Assembly (NCBI GenBank): GCA_964016885.1 | Contig: OZ024742.1 | Location: 16,244,001 to 16,308,000, forward strand | DNA from: Eledone cirrhosa | Lineage: Eukaryota | Length of the DNA: 64,000 nucleotides | Direction of reading: 5' to 3' | In this document: positions 1-11,784 of the stretch, piece after piece | Layout: the number at the start of each line of letters is the position of its first letter | Numbering within the stretch: the stretch's first letter is position 1 | The notes under the pieces: model-generated | The model's input: only the letters and a program-made list of their open reading frames with translations | Database searches by the model: none | What the model was told of the DNA's origin: nothing | Program-made: the position numbers and the translations under genes

Positions 1-2
1 AC

Positions 3-1353
3 CTTAACCTCTCAGAAATAGTAAAAAACAAAAAGCTTATTAGAACTTTCCTTAAAGACTATTATAGTCTTCATATTACTTTTGAAAACACAAGTAAAGT
101 AGTTAATTTCCTAGATATAACCTTAGACTTAGCTACGAGTATCTACCAACCTTACCATAAACCCAACCAAAACTTACACTACATACACTCACAATCTAAT
201 CACCCTAAATCTATCCTTAAAAACCTTGCATATAATATATCACTTAGAATTTCTAACCTTTCGTCTAACCAAGATGTATTTGATAAAAATGCGACCTTCT
301 ATAACGAAGCTCTAGATAGAAGTGGCCACAAAAATAGATTAGAATATATACCTTCTACTAAATATACTATAAACATACAACCTAATATTACCAACAAACA
401 CCAAATGAAAAGTACACACCTAAATGCCACCCACACTATACCCCAAAATACCAACAACTCCTCTAATATAAAGTATAGTAACTCTCAAAAAACTACTCAT
501 CATACAACTCTAATAAATGTTAATAATAAAACTCTTAATAAACAAGATAAAACACCTAAATCAATAAATCTAACTAAAAATGTGCGTGGTGAGGTCATTA
601 ACATTAATCCTCCTAGTAAACATCACGATACAACCTATAAAAATAATAAACAACATAGAAACCGTAATAGACGAGTTACTTGGTATAATGCTCCATTTAA
701 TTTACAAATTAAGGATAATATTGGTAAAAAAATTTTTTATATCCTAGAGAAAAACTTCCCGCCAAACCACAAATACCATCAAATCTTAAATAGGTCAATA
801 GTTAAATTCTCATACTCAACAACCAAAAACATAAAACAAAATATAAGTGCCTATAATGCATATAAATGTAAAAATACCATAAGTATACCACCAATACATC
901 AAACTAACCATAATATCTCCTCAAATACAGAATTAACGAAACAAAGCAAACTGCCCATTAAAAGGAAATTGTCTTGTTAACAACATAGTTTATAAATGTA
1001 AAGTTAAAACTAAAGATTCTATTTGCTCATATATAGGAGCTACTTCTAACAATTTTAAGGTAAGGTTTAATACCCACAAACATAGTTTTAAAAATGCCGC
1101 ACTGGCTAATACAACATCTCTAGCAGAAAAAATTAATAGTTATAGAAATAAGAATATAGAATATGATATGACCTGGAGTGTGCTCAAAAGAGCCACCCCT
1201 TATCAAAATAATAGAAATGAATGTAGATTATGTTCCCAAGAACTATTTGAAATAATGAAATCTAAGGATATCCTATTAAATAAGCGACAGGAATTAATTA
1301 TATCGTGTAATCATAAACTGAGAAAAACATTTAAATATTATAAACCTAAATAA
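3..1353 (+). mobile_element. Penelope-like retroelement, C-terminal RT/thumb + GIY-YIG endonuclease (frameshifted near 945; 5' part outside window)
   Basis: Open frame 3..980 reads VNFLDITLD..YHKPNQNLHYIHSQSNHPKSILKN..WYNAPFN..FSYSTTKN. A shifted frame from ~949 reads NCPLKGNCLVNNIVYKC..SYIGAT..FKVRFNTH..CRLC..E..LLNKRQE..CNHK. This is a typical PLE (Naiad-like) EN layout. Confidence 0.9.
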
Positions 1354-2215
1354 TAATATATATTTTAGAAATTAATATATAATTTAATTTAAATGTAGTT
1401 AACCTATAAATTTAATTTAATTAAATTCTACTACAGATGAGATTAAAAAATATTGTGTAATCATAAATTGTGAAAAACTTTTAAATATTATTAACATAAT
1501 TAATATATACTTTGTAAATTAATTTATAGATTAATTTTAGTTTATTTAACCTTTTATTAACATTCCTTTACAGATGAAATATAACAAAATATCGTGTAAT
1601 CAATAACAGAGAGATATTTTTTAATATTATAAACCTAATTAATGTACAATTTAGAAATTTATTTATAAATTAATTTTAATTTAGTTAACCTATAATTTTA
1701 ATTTAATTAGCTTAAAATTAAAATTCTAATACAGATAGATTGCAGAATATCATGTAATCATAAACTGAGATAAATTTTTAAATATATACCTAATTAATAT
1801 ATTCTTTACAATTAAATATATATATATATATATATATATATTAATTTTAATTTTGTTAACCTATAATTATATTCTACTATAGATAAAATACAAAATCTGC
1901 TTTAATTATTATAAACCTAATTAACATATACTATAGAAATTAATATATAATTTTTAATTTAGTTAACCTATAATTTATATTCTACTACCGATGAAATACT
2001 TGATTTGGTTTTCCCTATTACTAAATTCATTTCCTAATATTGATACCATAATGTTAATATTTTTAATTTAGTTATGCTATAATTAATACTCTACTACTGT
2101 TTAACTTCAAAATTCCGCTTCAAATATTATAAACCTAAGTAGTATATACCTTAGAAATCAATATATTAACTATTTTTAATTTAGTTAACCTATAATTAAT
2201 AGTCTACTTATATTA
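1303..2215 (+). repeat. Degenerate ~120-150 bp tandem repeat derived from the PLE ORF end/3'UTR
   Basis: Recurring gtgtaatcataaactgaga..aatattataaacctaa..ttagttaacctataa..ttctact..agat blocks at ~1303, 1454, 1592, 1750, with shorter units to ~2215. Confidence 0.75.
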
Positions 2216-2631
2216 AAATGCATAATTTTGCCTTCTTTCTTACATTTCCTAATACTGAAACTACTATGTAAACACATATTATGATCTAAATGCAGATTAA
2301 TATTCTATGTTCCTTGAAACCTATATTTACTATTTCCCACTAATAATTTTAATCCCCTCCCCCCCTATAATTATTTGTATTTGTAAGCGTGGATGTATGT
2401 ATGTGTATGTAAGTAGGTATGTATGTTTGGGTGTTTGTATGTGAGTATAAAAATACATATATGCGCATGTAAATAAGTGTGTATGATTGTATATATATAT
2501 GTATATATATATATGTATGTATATGTATGTATATATATGTGTGTTTATATATGTCTATGTGTATATATATGTGTGTATGTATATATGTATGTGTGCGTGT
2601 GTATGTGTATATATATTTGTAGAGATGTGTG

Positions 2632-2674
<43 letters not shown>

Positions 2675-2731
2675 ATAATTGTCTGACTGTGTATTTATTT
2701 ATTTATTTTTTTCTTTATATATATATATATA

Positions 2732-2816
<85 letters not shown>

Positions 2817-2938
2817 ATGTATATGTGTGTGTGTGTGTGTGTATATATATTTATGTGTATGTATATATCTATATATATATATGTAAGTATGCATGTATAC
2901 GTACGTACATATGTATACAGACGTACAGTAGCATGCAC

Positions 2939-2973
<35 letters not shown>

Positions 2974-3135
2974 TATACATATGCATACAGGTACACATAC
3001 ATATAAGCACGTATCAGTTTAGCGGCGCTTATTATAACGTCGCTTTGTTCGTTTGTAAACAAACTGAACAGCCTGAATGTATGCCATACGGTGTTAAGGC
3101 AACCACGTCACCTTTTTGTTCAACACTGACACAGG

Positions 3136-3180
3136 AACGATGTACTAGTTTCAAGCTTGTTAACTATCATCAGCACCGTT
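3136..3180 (-). ncRNA. Type I hammerhead ribozyme (family A)
   Basis: Minus strand: aacggtg CTGATGA tagttaacaagctt GAAA ctag TA catcgtt. Confidence 0.8.
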
Positions 3181-3938
3181 TACCCATCTGCCAGATAGTT
3201 GAACGTTCGAAAGTATATACTTTCCTTATGAAAATTAACGGCTGAGCAGCCTAATTTGCATATTGAGTGAGTTAAATCGGTCAGGCATACCGAAAAAGAT
3301 AAATTGAAACGAAATGAAAACGAAATTTCATTTCTCACTCTTAGTATGGCACTTACTTAAATGTAAGTATGCATGTATACGTACATACATATATGTATAC
3401 AGACGTAGAGTAGCATGCACATATATATATATATACACATATATATATACATATGCATACAGGTACACATACATATATGCACGTATCAGTTTAGCGGCGC
3501 TTATTATAACGTCGCTTTGTTCGTTTGTAAACAAACTGAACAGCCTGAATTTATGCCTTACGGTGTTAAGGCAACCACGTCACCTTTTTGTTCAACGAAC
3601 AAAGCGACGTTATAATAAGCGCCGCTAAACTGATATGTGCATATATGTATGTGTACCTGTATGCATATGTATATATATGTGTATATATATATATATATGT
3701 GCATGCTACTCTACGTCTGTATACATATATGTATGTACGTATACATGCATACTTACATTTAAGTAAGTGCCATACTAAGAGTGAGAAATGAAATTTCGTT
3801 TTCATTTTGTTTCAATTTATCGTTTTCGGTATGCCTGACCGATTTAACTCACTCAATATGCAAATTAGGCTGCTCAGCCGTTGATTTTCATAAGGAAAGT
3901 ATATACTTTCGAACGTTCAACTATCTGGCAGATGGGTA

Positions 3939-3983
3939 AACGGTGCTGATGATAGCTAACAAGCTTGAAACTAGTACATCGTT
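3939..3983 (+). ncRNA. Type I hammerhead ribozyme (family A)
   Basis: aacggtg CTGATGA t-agct-aaca-agct-t GAAA ctag TA catcgtt. Stem I is 7 bp, stem III is the palindrome ACTAGT, GUA cleavage triplet. Confidence 0.85.
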
Positions 3984-4292
3984 CCTGTGTCAGTGTTGAA
4001 CAAAAAGGTGACGTGGTTGCCTTAACACCGTATGGCATAAATTCAGGATGTTCAGTTTGTTTACAAACGAACAAAGCGACGTTATAATAAGCGCCGCTAA
4101 ACTGATACGTGCATATATGTATGTGTACCTGTATGCATATGTATATATATGTGTATATATATATATATATGTGCATGCTACTGTACGTCTGTATACATAT
4201 ATGTATGTACGTATACATGCATACTTACATTTAAGTAAGTGCCATACTAAGAGTGAGAAATGAAATTTCGTTTTCATTTTGTTTCAATTTAT

Positions 4293-4691
4293 ATATATAT
4301 ATATATATGTATATGTGTGTATGTATATTTCTTTATTTATGTATGTCTGAGTTGTGTGAGTGTGTGGTTGTATGTGTATATACATACATGGATATGTGTA
4401 TGTGTGTGTATATATACGTATATATATGTGTGTGTCTATATATATGTGTGTGTATGTGTATATATATGTATATATGTGTGTATATATGTGTGTATATATA
4501 TGTGTGTGTATGTATATATGTATATGTATGTATGTGTGTATATGTATGTACATATATGTGTATATATATATGTGTGTTGTGAATATATGTATATATATAT
4601 GTGTGTATGTATGTGTGTCTATGTATTTATATATGTATATGTATGTGTCTCTATATATATGTGTATGTATGTATATATATGTATATATATG

Positions 4692-4722
<31 letters not shown>

Positions 4723-4760
4723 GTGTGTATATATATATATATGTATATCGGTGTGTATTT
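4293..4760. repeat. (TA)n/(TG)n mixed microsatellite
   Basis: Directly visible low-complexity tract; representative of many in the window. Confidence 0.9.
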
Positions 4761-4972
4761 TATGTATGAGTATATATTTTATTTGTTTATTTTTTTAATA
4801 TATTTCTTTTTATTTCTAAATTTATAGATACATTTTATAAATAGGCAGTTCTCTGACACCCTTAGTAATTGCTGACCCCCTTCACCTTCTTCTGCATATA
4901 GATGTAAAAATGTATGTGGCAGTGTTTATGTGTACGCATTAATATCCATGTAGTTATAATAATAATATATAC

Positions 4973-5034
<62 letters not shown>

Positions 5035-5385
5035 TCGTGGGTATGTGTATATTTATGTGTATATGCGCGTGTGTGTGTGAATGTATGTATATGTGTGTGT
5101 ATATATGAATGTATATATGTTTATATACGTATGTGTATTTTATCTGTAGATTATAAACATACAGAGACATTAGCCCTGAATTTTTGTATTTACATACATT
5201 TTTTCGACATGCGTATGCATGTGAACATATATTTTTATACATATCTGTGAACGAAGTTACTTACATATATACACACACCTAACTGTATTTTCTTGATATA
5301 TTTTTGTGTATTTCTTTGGTCAATTTGAACTCTGTTCCCAAACAGACCTGTAATTTTGAATTGTTGTTATTATCAATAAATATAT

Positions 5386-5538
5386 TTCATTATTTCTGAA
5401 GACGGCATATGTATGTGTTGGTATGTATATTAGATTTGATAGTTTGTATAATTTTGTATAATTTTGTACATAGATCTGTTGAATATGCATGCCAATTCTA
5501 ACACATATATGTCCTAGAAACGATCGTTAAATAATGAA
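5386..5538 (+). ncRNA. Hammerhead ribozyme with ~115-nt expanded stem II (family C)
   Basis: ttcattattt CTGAAGA [long hairpin] GAAA cgatcg TT aaataatgaa. Stem I is 10 bp; stem III is the palindrome AACGATCGTT. Confidence 0.7.
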
Positions 5539-5900
5539 CTTTTTTTGTTTAATATAAGGAACTGTTTCATTGTTTTATTCATTATTTTTTTAATACTTTA
5601 ATATATATAATATATATATAATATATATATATAATTTATGTGTATCTGTGAGAACCATACATCTTCCACCTTGTACTGGTCACATGTTCTTTATCATGAT
5701 TCATACAATTTGCATTCATTTTCTTCAGCAGAGATTCCTGTTGGCGCTCCAAATTATATATAATTACATAAAACTATCATTTATGGTTCTTAAGGAAGCC
5801 CTACTTAAACAGATATTTGGCGCGATATAATCATAAATTTGGGGCAAACTATTTGACATTACTTTTGTTAGTATCATTTATACATACATACATATATATG

Positions 5901-5978
<78 letters not shown>

Positions 5979-6099
5979 TATACACACACACACACACATA
6001 TATATATATACATATATAAACGCATATACACGTATATACACGCATATATATATCCCTATACCGATTGTGTTGTTATTTCTGTTTACCTTTTACATACAT

Positions 6100-6685
6100 A
6101 TATATATGTGTGTGTATGTGCATGTATGTGTGTGCATGTGTGTGCATGTGTATGTATGTGCATGCATGTGTGTGTGCATGTGTATGCATGTGTGCGCATG
6201 CGTCTGCATGTGTGTCTATGTGTGTGTATGTGTGTGTATGTGCGTGTATGTGTGTGCATGTGTGTGCATGTGTGAGCATGTATGTGCATGTGTCTGCATG
6301 TGTCTTCACGTGTGTGAATGTGTGTGAATGTGTATGTATGTGCATGCATGTGTGTGCATGTGTGTGCGTGCGTGTGGATGTGTGTGGATGTATGTGCATG
6401 TGTCTTTATGTGTGTCTATGTGTGTGTATGTGTCTGCATGTGTGTGAATGTGTGTGTATGTATGTGTATGTGTGTGTATGTGTGTGCATGTGTGTGTATG
6501 TGTCTGAATGTGTGTGCATGTGTGTGTATGTGTGTGTATCTGTGTGCATGTGCATGTATACGTGTGCATGTGTGTGGATATGTGTGGATGTGGATGCATG
6601 TGCCTGTATGTGTGTCTATGTGTGTATGTGCATGCATGTGTCTGCATGTACGTGCATGTGTGTGCATGTATGTGCATGTGAGTGT
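6100..6685. repeat. Complex (TG)n/TGCA microsatellite
   Basis: gtgtgcatgt-type degenerate repeats. Confidence 0.9.
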
Positions 6686-7099
6686 AACCACTAAACAGAA
6701 CTATTCAGTGCTGCCAGATTCTAAAATGTCGCCCCGTATGATTGTCGTGTGCGTTCAGTACTAACTTTACTGATTACTAGTTCATTTATAGAATATGTCC
6801 AGAACAGTCTTTAACTTCGAGAAGAAATATCTATTAGTGTTCATATAAGATTACAGAAGTTATGTGTCTCATGTGGCTTCAGCTGTCATTAGAATACAAT
6901 CAATTGATATTTATATCAATATATTCGAAATCGCCTGCAAATTTATTGCAAATCATATAAGTGAAACTGTTTTTAATGTAATGACTTTCCATCTGTTAAA
7001 GCTGAGATCTCTTCGTTTATCTGACAAATGTCTGGTACTGTTGGCTTGATGGTCATATTGATTCTGTTGTCCATGATGATGCCTGAATACGCAAGGGAT

Positions 7100-7204
<105 letters not shown>

Positions 7205-7264
7205 TAAATATATATGTGTGTGTATGTGTGTGTATGTATGTATGTATATATATATGTGTGTATT

Positions 7265-7310
<46 letters not shown>

Positions 7311-7315
<5 letters not shown>

Positions 7316-8303
7316 GTGGTTAAACAACAGTTAGTTCACCATACCGAGAACAATTGTTTCACCCTAGCGGATCCTCAGCTCGTAATGGACATGGTTATAT
7401 GGAAGAGGAGGGACAACCGTACGAACGCGCATGCGCAGAAACGATCACATCATACAGGCAATACTAAATTGCGTGCGAGAGGTGTAAGGGAGATAACTGC
7501 GAAAGTCCATACGTATTGTCTCTCAAGGACTCAAGTATAGACAACTCCATTCAATGGAAAGCCATCACTAAATCCAAGCCATATGCAAGGGGCAATCCGT
7601 CGTCTGGACTATGTATTGATGAACGAATAAATATTCTAAAGAGATTACGCAATAGTGATTGCCTAAACACGAGAAATGAATTCTTCACACTTTAGGCGGG
7701 GTGGTCAGACATCCCGTCTAACTGGATATACTGGCACATGGTCAAACAAGGAAGAAGGAACATACCTCAATATTATGTTATAAACATTTTTAATTAGAGC
7801 AATTAAAGAATATATTCAAATACATCAATGCTCCTAGGTTGGGATATTTTTCAATCGTCATATACTGCCGCGACCGCATGGTGTGATGTCGCCTTTTGGT
7901 CACTGCGTGGAAACACGTCTATTCCCTCCGAGGTATCCTCGTCAGAACTAAGGGCAGTTAATCAACTGCCTTCACAGTCGACGCTAGATGGCGTGATCTT
8001 CTACAACACGTTGTCCGCACTTCTGGAAACACCACTTACATAACTACAAAGCTCCGGATTGAATTACAACAACATCCTAATTTTCTTATCAACTAGAAAC
8101 TTTTCGGACTTTCGAAGTTATCTCCCCTACACCTCTCGCACGCAATTTAGTATTGCCTGTATGAAGTGATCGTTTCTGCGCATACGCGTTCGTACGGTTG
8201 TCCTTCCTGTTCCGTATAACCATGTCCATTACGAACTGCGGATCCGCTAAGGTGAAACAATTGTTCTCAGTATGGTGAACTAACTGTTGTGTAACTACTT
8301 CTA
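7311..8303. mobile_element. ~1 kb element bounded by ~195-bp imperfect inverted repeats (non-autonomous DNA transposon or foldback)
   Basis: 7311-7508 is the reverse complement of 8106-8303 with scattered mismatches. The interior has no intact ORF. Confidence 0.6.
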
Positions 8304-8438
8304 CCTAACTCGTCCCATGGACTGTGTGCTCTACCACTACGGATATTACCTTCCAGTGTTCTACCACTATATATATATAGTAATGGTTGCATTCTTTAAG
8401 GGTATGTCAATATTTATTTATAAAACTGGTCTATATTA

Positions 8439-8503
8439 TATTTAATCTGATGAAAGCACACCATAATTTAATTTGGTGTCCTTGAAATATGTATAATGAA
8501 ATA
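8439..8503 (+). ncRNA. Hammerhead ribozyme candidate (AT-rich family F)
   Basis: tatttaat CTGATGA aag-cacacca..tggtg-tcctt GAAA tatgta TA atgaaata. Confidence 0.6.
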
Positions 8504-8631
8504 AATATGGTTTTATAAATATAGTTTCAAATTTGTTAATATCGTATTTTTACTCCAATTATTTGTTGAGTGCTTTATATCAGTTATAAAAATATTTGCT
8601 TGTTGTATCCAAACAATTTAAATAGAACTTC

Positions 8632-8668
<37 letters not shown>

Positions 8669-9024
8669 GAAAGTATATGCGTTATGGTCCATCTGGTTCC
8701 TTACCATAATTCCTTTGTTATATATATATATATATATATCATAAATCGTGTCTATAGAATCAATCAGATATTAAAATATATACTATTTCTTTTTCTAATC
8801 AGCAAAATTAACCATATACATAATCAAATCTAGCAAGCTTTAAGAATAAATTTTCTAACGGGGAAATCTCCGACAAATAATTGACCGCAGCTAGTTCGCG
8901 ATAACTCCGTCCCATTATTTATCAAACACTTCGGCAGCATGCAGTATCCGATCAAATACATCGTCAACCGCACGTAATTAGTAGTAAAATTAAACTTAGA
9001 AGAAATGCGCACATACCGTAATTA

Positions 9025-9104
9025 TATCTCTACCATGGTTTCTTCCTTGTTTAGGACATCCAAATAATATGGACTTGCTATGAGTCAGGAATCATCAGGA
9101 GACA
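9025..9104 (-). ncRNA. Type I hammerhead ribozyme (family B)
   Basis: Minus strand: tgtctc CTGATGA ttcct..aggaa GAAA ccatgg TA gagata. Confidence 0.8.
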
Positions 9105-9713
9105 AACTCAGAAATAGACATTTAATTTCTCAAACCGACCGCGCCAAATTTAGATTAAAAAATGGCTAAGATCGCTATGTAGCTGTGTACCAGCCAGAGA
9201 GAAAGCGTGTGATTGGCTGCTTACGCCGGGTAGGCATGCTGCTAGAAAGCGCAGCCATATATCGCCAAATTTAATCTCAACCGATAGGGAGATTATTAAA
9301 TATAGAGGTTATCACATACATAAAATTAAATTCAATTAAATCAAAGATACATATATGTGTTGCAACTGTTCACTTTTAAGCTCAATGAAGAATTAATAAA
9401 TTAAAATAAAAAAATCAGAGCATTATATCATAAATCGTGTCTATAGAATCAATCAGATATTAAAATATATACTATTTCTTCTTCTAATCAGCAAAATTAA
9501 CCATATACATAATCAAATCTAGCAAGCTTTAAGAATAAATTTTCTAACGGGGAAATCTCCGACAAATAATTGACCGCAGCTAGTTCGCGATAACTCCGTC
9601 CCATTATTTATCAAACACTTCGGCAGCATGCAGAATCCGATCAAATACATCGTCAACCGCACGTAATTAGTAGTAAAATTAAACTTAGAAGAAATGCGCA
9701 CATACCGTAATTA

Positions 9714-9793
9714 TATCTCTACCATGGTTTCTTCCTTGTTTAGGACATCCAAATAATATGGACTTGCTATGAGTCAGGAATCATCAGGAGACA
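9714..9793 (-). ncRNA. Type I hammerhead ribozyme (family B, second tandem copy)
   Basis: Same sequence as 9025-9104, shifted by 689 bp. Confidence 0.8.
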
Positions 9794-10240
9794 AACTCAG
9801 AAATAGACATTTAATTTCTCAAACCGACCGCGCCAAATTTAGATTAAAAAATGGCTAAGATCGCTATGTAGCTGTGTACCAGCCAGAGAGAAAGCGTGTG
9901 ATTGGCTGCTTACGCCGGGTAGGCATGCTGCTAGAAAGCGCAGCCATATATCGCCAAATTTAATCTCAACCGATAGGGAGATTATTAAATATAGAGGTTA
10001 TCACATACATAAAATTAAATTCAATTAAATCAAAGATACATATATGTGTTGCAACTGTTCACTTTTAAGATTAAATTTGGCGATATATGGCTGCGCTTTC
10101 TAGCAGCATGCCTACCCGCCGTAAGCAGCCAATCACACGCTTTCTCTCTGGCTGGTACACAGCTACATAGCGATCTTAGCCATTTTTTAATCTAAATTTG
10201 GCGCGGTCGGTTTGAGAAATTAAATGTCTATTTCTGAGTT

Positions 10241-10320
10241 TGTCTCCTGATGATTCCTGACTCATAGCAAGTCCATATTATTTGGATGTCCTAAACAAGA
10301 AAGAAACCATGGTAGAGATA
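10241..10320 (+). ncRNA. Type I hammerhead ribozyme (family B, inverted copy)
   Basis: tgtctc CTGATGA ttcctg..caagaaa GAAA ccatgg TA gagata; one stem II substitution. Confidence 0.7.
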
Positions 10321-10727
10321 TAATTACGGTATGTGCGCATTTCTTCTAAGTTTAATTTTACTACTAATTACGTGCGGTTGACGATGTATTTGATCGGATT
10401 CTGCATGCTGCCGAAGTGTTTGATAAATAATGGGACGGAGTTATCGCGAACTAGCTGCGGTCAATTATTTGTCGGAGATTTCCCCGTTAGAAAATTTATT
10501 CTTAAAGCTTGCTAGATTTGATTATGTATATGGTTAATTTTGCTGATTAGAAGAAGAAATAGTATATATTTTAATATCTGATTGATTCTATAGACACGAT
10601 TTATGATATAATGCTCTGATTTTTTTTATTTTAATTTATTAATTCTTCATTGAGCTTAAAAGTGAACAGTTGCAACACATATATGTATCTTTGATTTAAT
10701 TTAATTTAATTTTATGTATGTGATAAC

Positions 10728-10804
<77 letters not shown>

Positions 10805-10832
10805 AAAGAATAGAGGTGTAACACACAAGTTA

Positions 10833-11075
10833 TTATATATTGGTAAACGGAATAGAAAATGCTGACAAATTTATCAGAGCAAACAGCACGGACACTCTAT
10901 CTCAAAATTATTTTTGAAAAGCATTTAGAAATGCGCAACCGGTAAAAACTTAAAAACTTAAAACCACAACTGAATACTAACCCATACAATCACTAATACT
11001 CTTTTATTCCTAATTAAACCATTTTTCAACTGTGAACAATTTGTCAGCATTTTCTATTCCGTTTACCAATATATA
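10833..11075. repeat. Short element with ~40-bp inverted ends
   Basis: tattggtaaacggaatagaaaatgctgacaaatt at ~10838, with its reverse complement at ~11038-11072. Confidence 0.7.
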
Positions 11076-11213
11076 TATATATATATGCGTGTATGTATAA
11101 ATATGTATATATGCAAGTATATATTTATATATATATATATATAAATATATATATAGATGCATATATACGTAGATAGAGATAAATAAAGATACATAATTAC
11201 ACACACACACACT

Positions 11214-11274
<61 letters not shown>

Positions 11275-11425
11275 GTATACAAGTATATATATATATATAT
11301 TAATTCCAAATATTAACAAAACAAATATTCTTGTGATCAATTAAATGTTATTATACATTGGTAGATGGTTAAGATTTAATCAAGGTAGTCCATCTACCAT
11401 GTCAGGGTATGTCATGTATCATTTT

Positions 11426-11490
11426 ATTTTATCTGATGAGGACGTACTGTTGAACTTAATTAAGTACCTCTGAAATATGTATAATAAAAT
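11426..11490 (+). ncRNA. Hammerhead ribozyme (family F), inside a small foldback element at 11299-11540
   Basis: attttat CTGATGA ..gtact..agtac.. GAAA tatgta TA ataaaat. 11299-11347 is the inverse of 11488-11538. Confidence 0.65.
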
Positions 11491-11629
11491 TTAATTGATC
11501 ACAAGAATATCTGTTTTGTTAATATTTGGAATTAATATTAATATCCCTGGAAAATATTTTCTTGTAGACTGCTTCCGATCTATTGTAAAACTCATTCTTT
11601 GATGTACTCATTGCTTCTTGTTTAACTCT

Positions 11630-11733
<104 letters not shown>

Positions 11734-11747
11734 AGTATATATATATG

Positions 11748-11784
<37 letters not shown>

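Larger units (their letters stand above)
2881..4292. mobile_element. Hammerhead-bearing non-coding element family A (~475 bp unit): 1.5 tandem units followed by 1.5 inverted units
   Basis: gtaagtatgcatg at 2883 and 3363. The inverted arm starts at ~3594 (period ~472). Flanked by (TA)n. Relatives at 26307 and 39373. Confidence 0.85.
8735..10735. mobile_element. Hammerhead-bearing non-coding family B: ~1.93 tandem 689-bp units plus an inverted ~668-bp copy
   Basis: cataaatcgtgtc at 8740 and 9429 (period 689). 10068-10735 is the reverse complement of ~9299-9966. The copies are near-identical, with (TA)n on both sides. Confidence 0.9.

Noticed and set aside
1303-2215. CRISPR-like repeat array
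   Set aside because: The units are degenerate with no unique spacers, there are no cas genes, and the context is eukaryotic.
8830-10515. Thrice-repeated 60-aa ORF
   Set aside because: It is repeated only because the 689-bp unit is; it has a non-ATG start and no recognisable domain.
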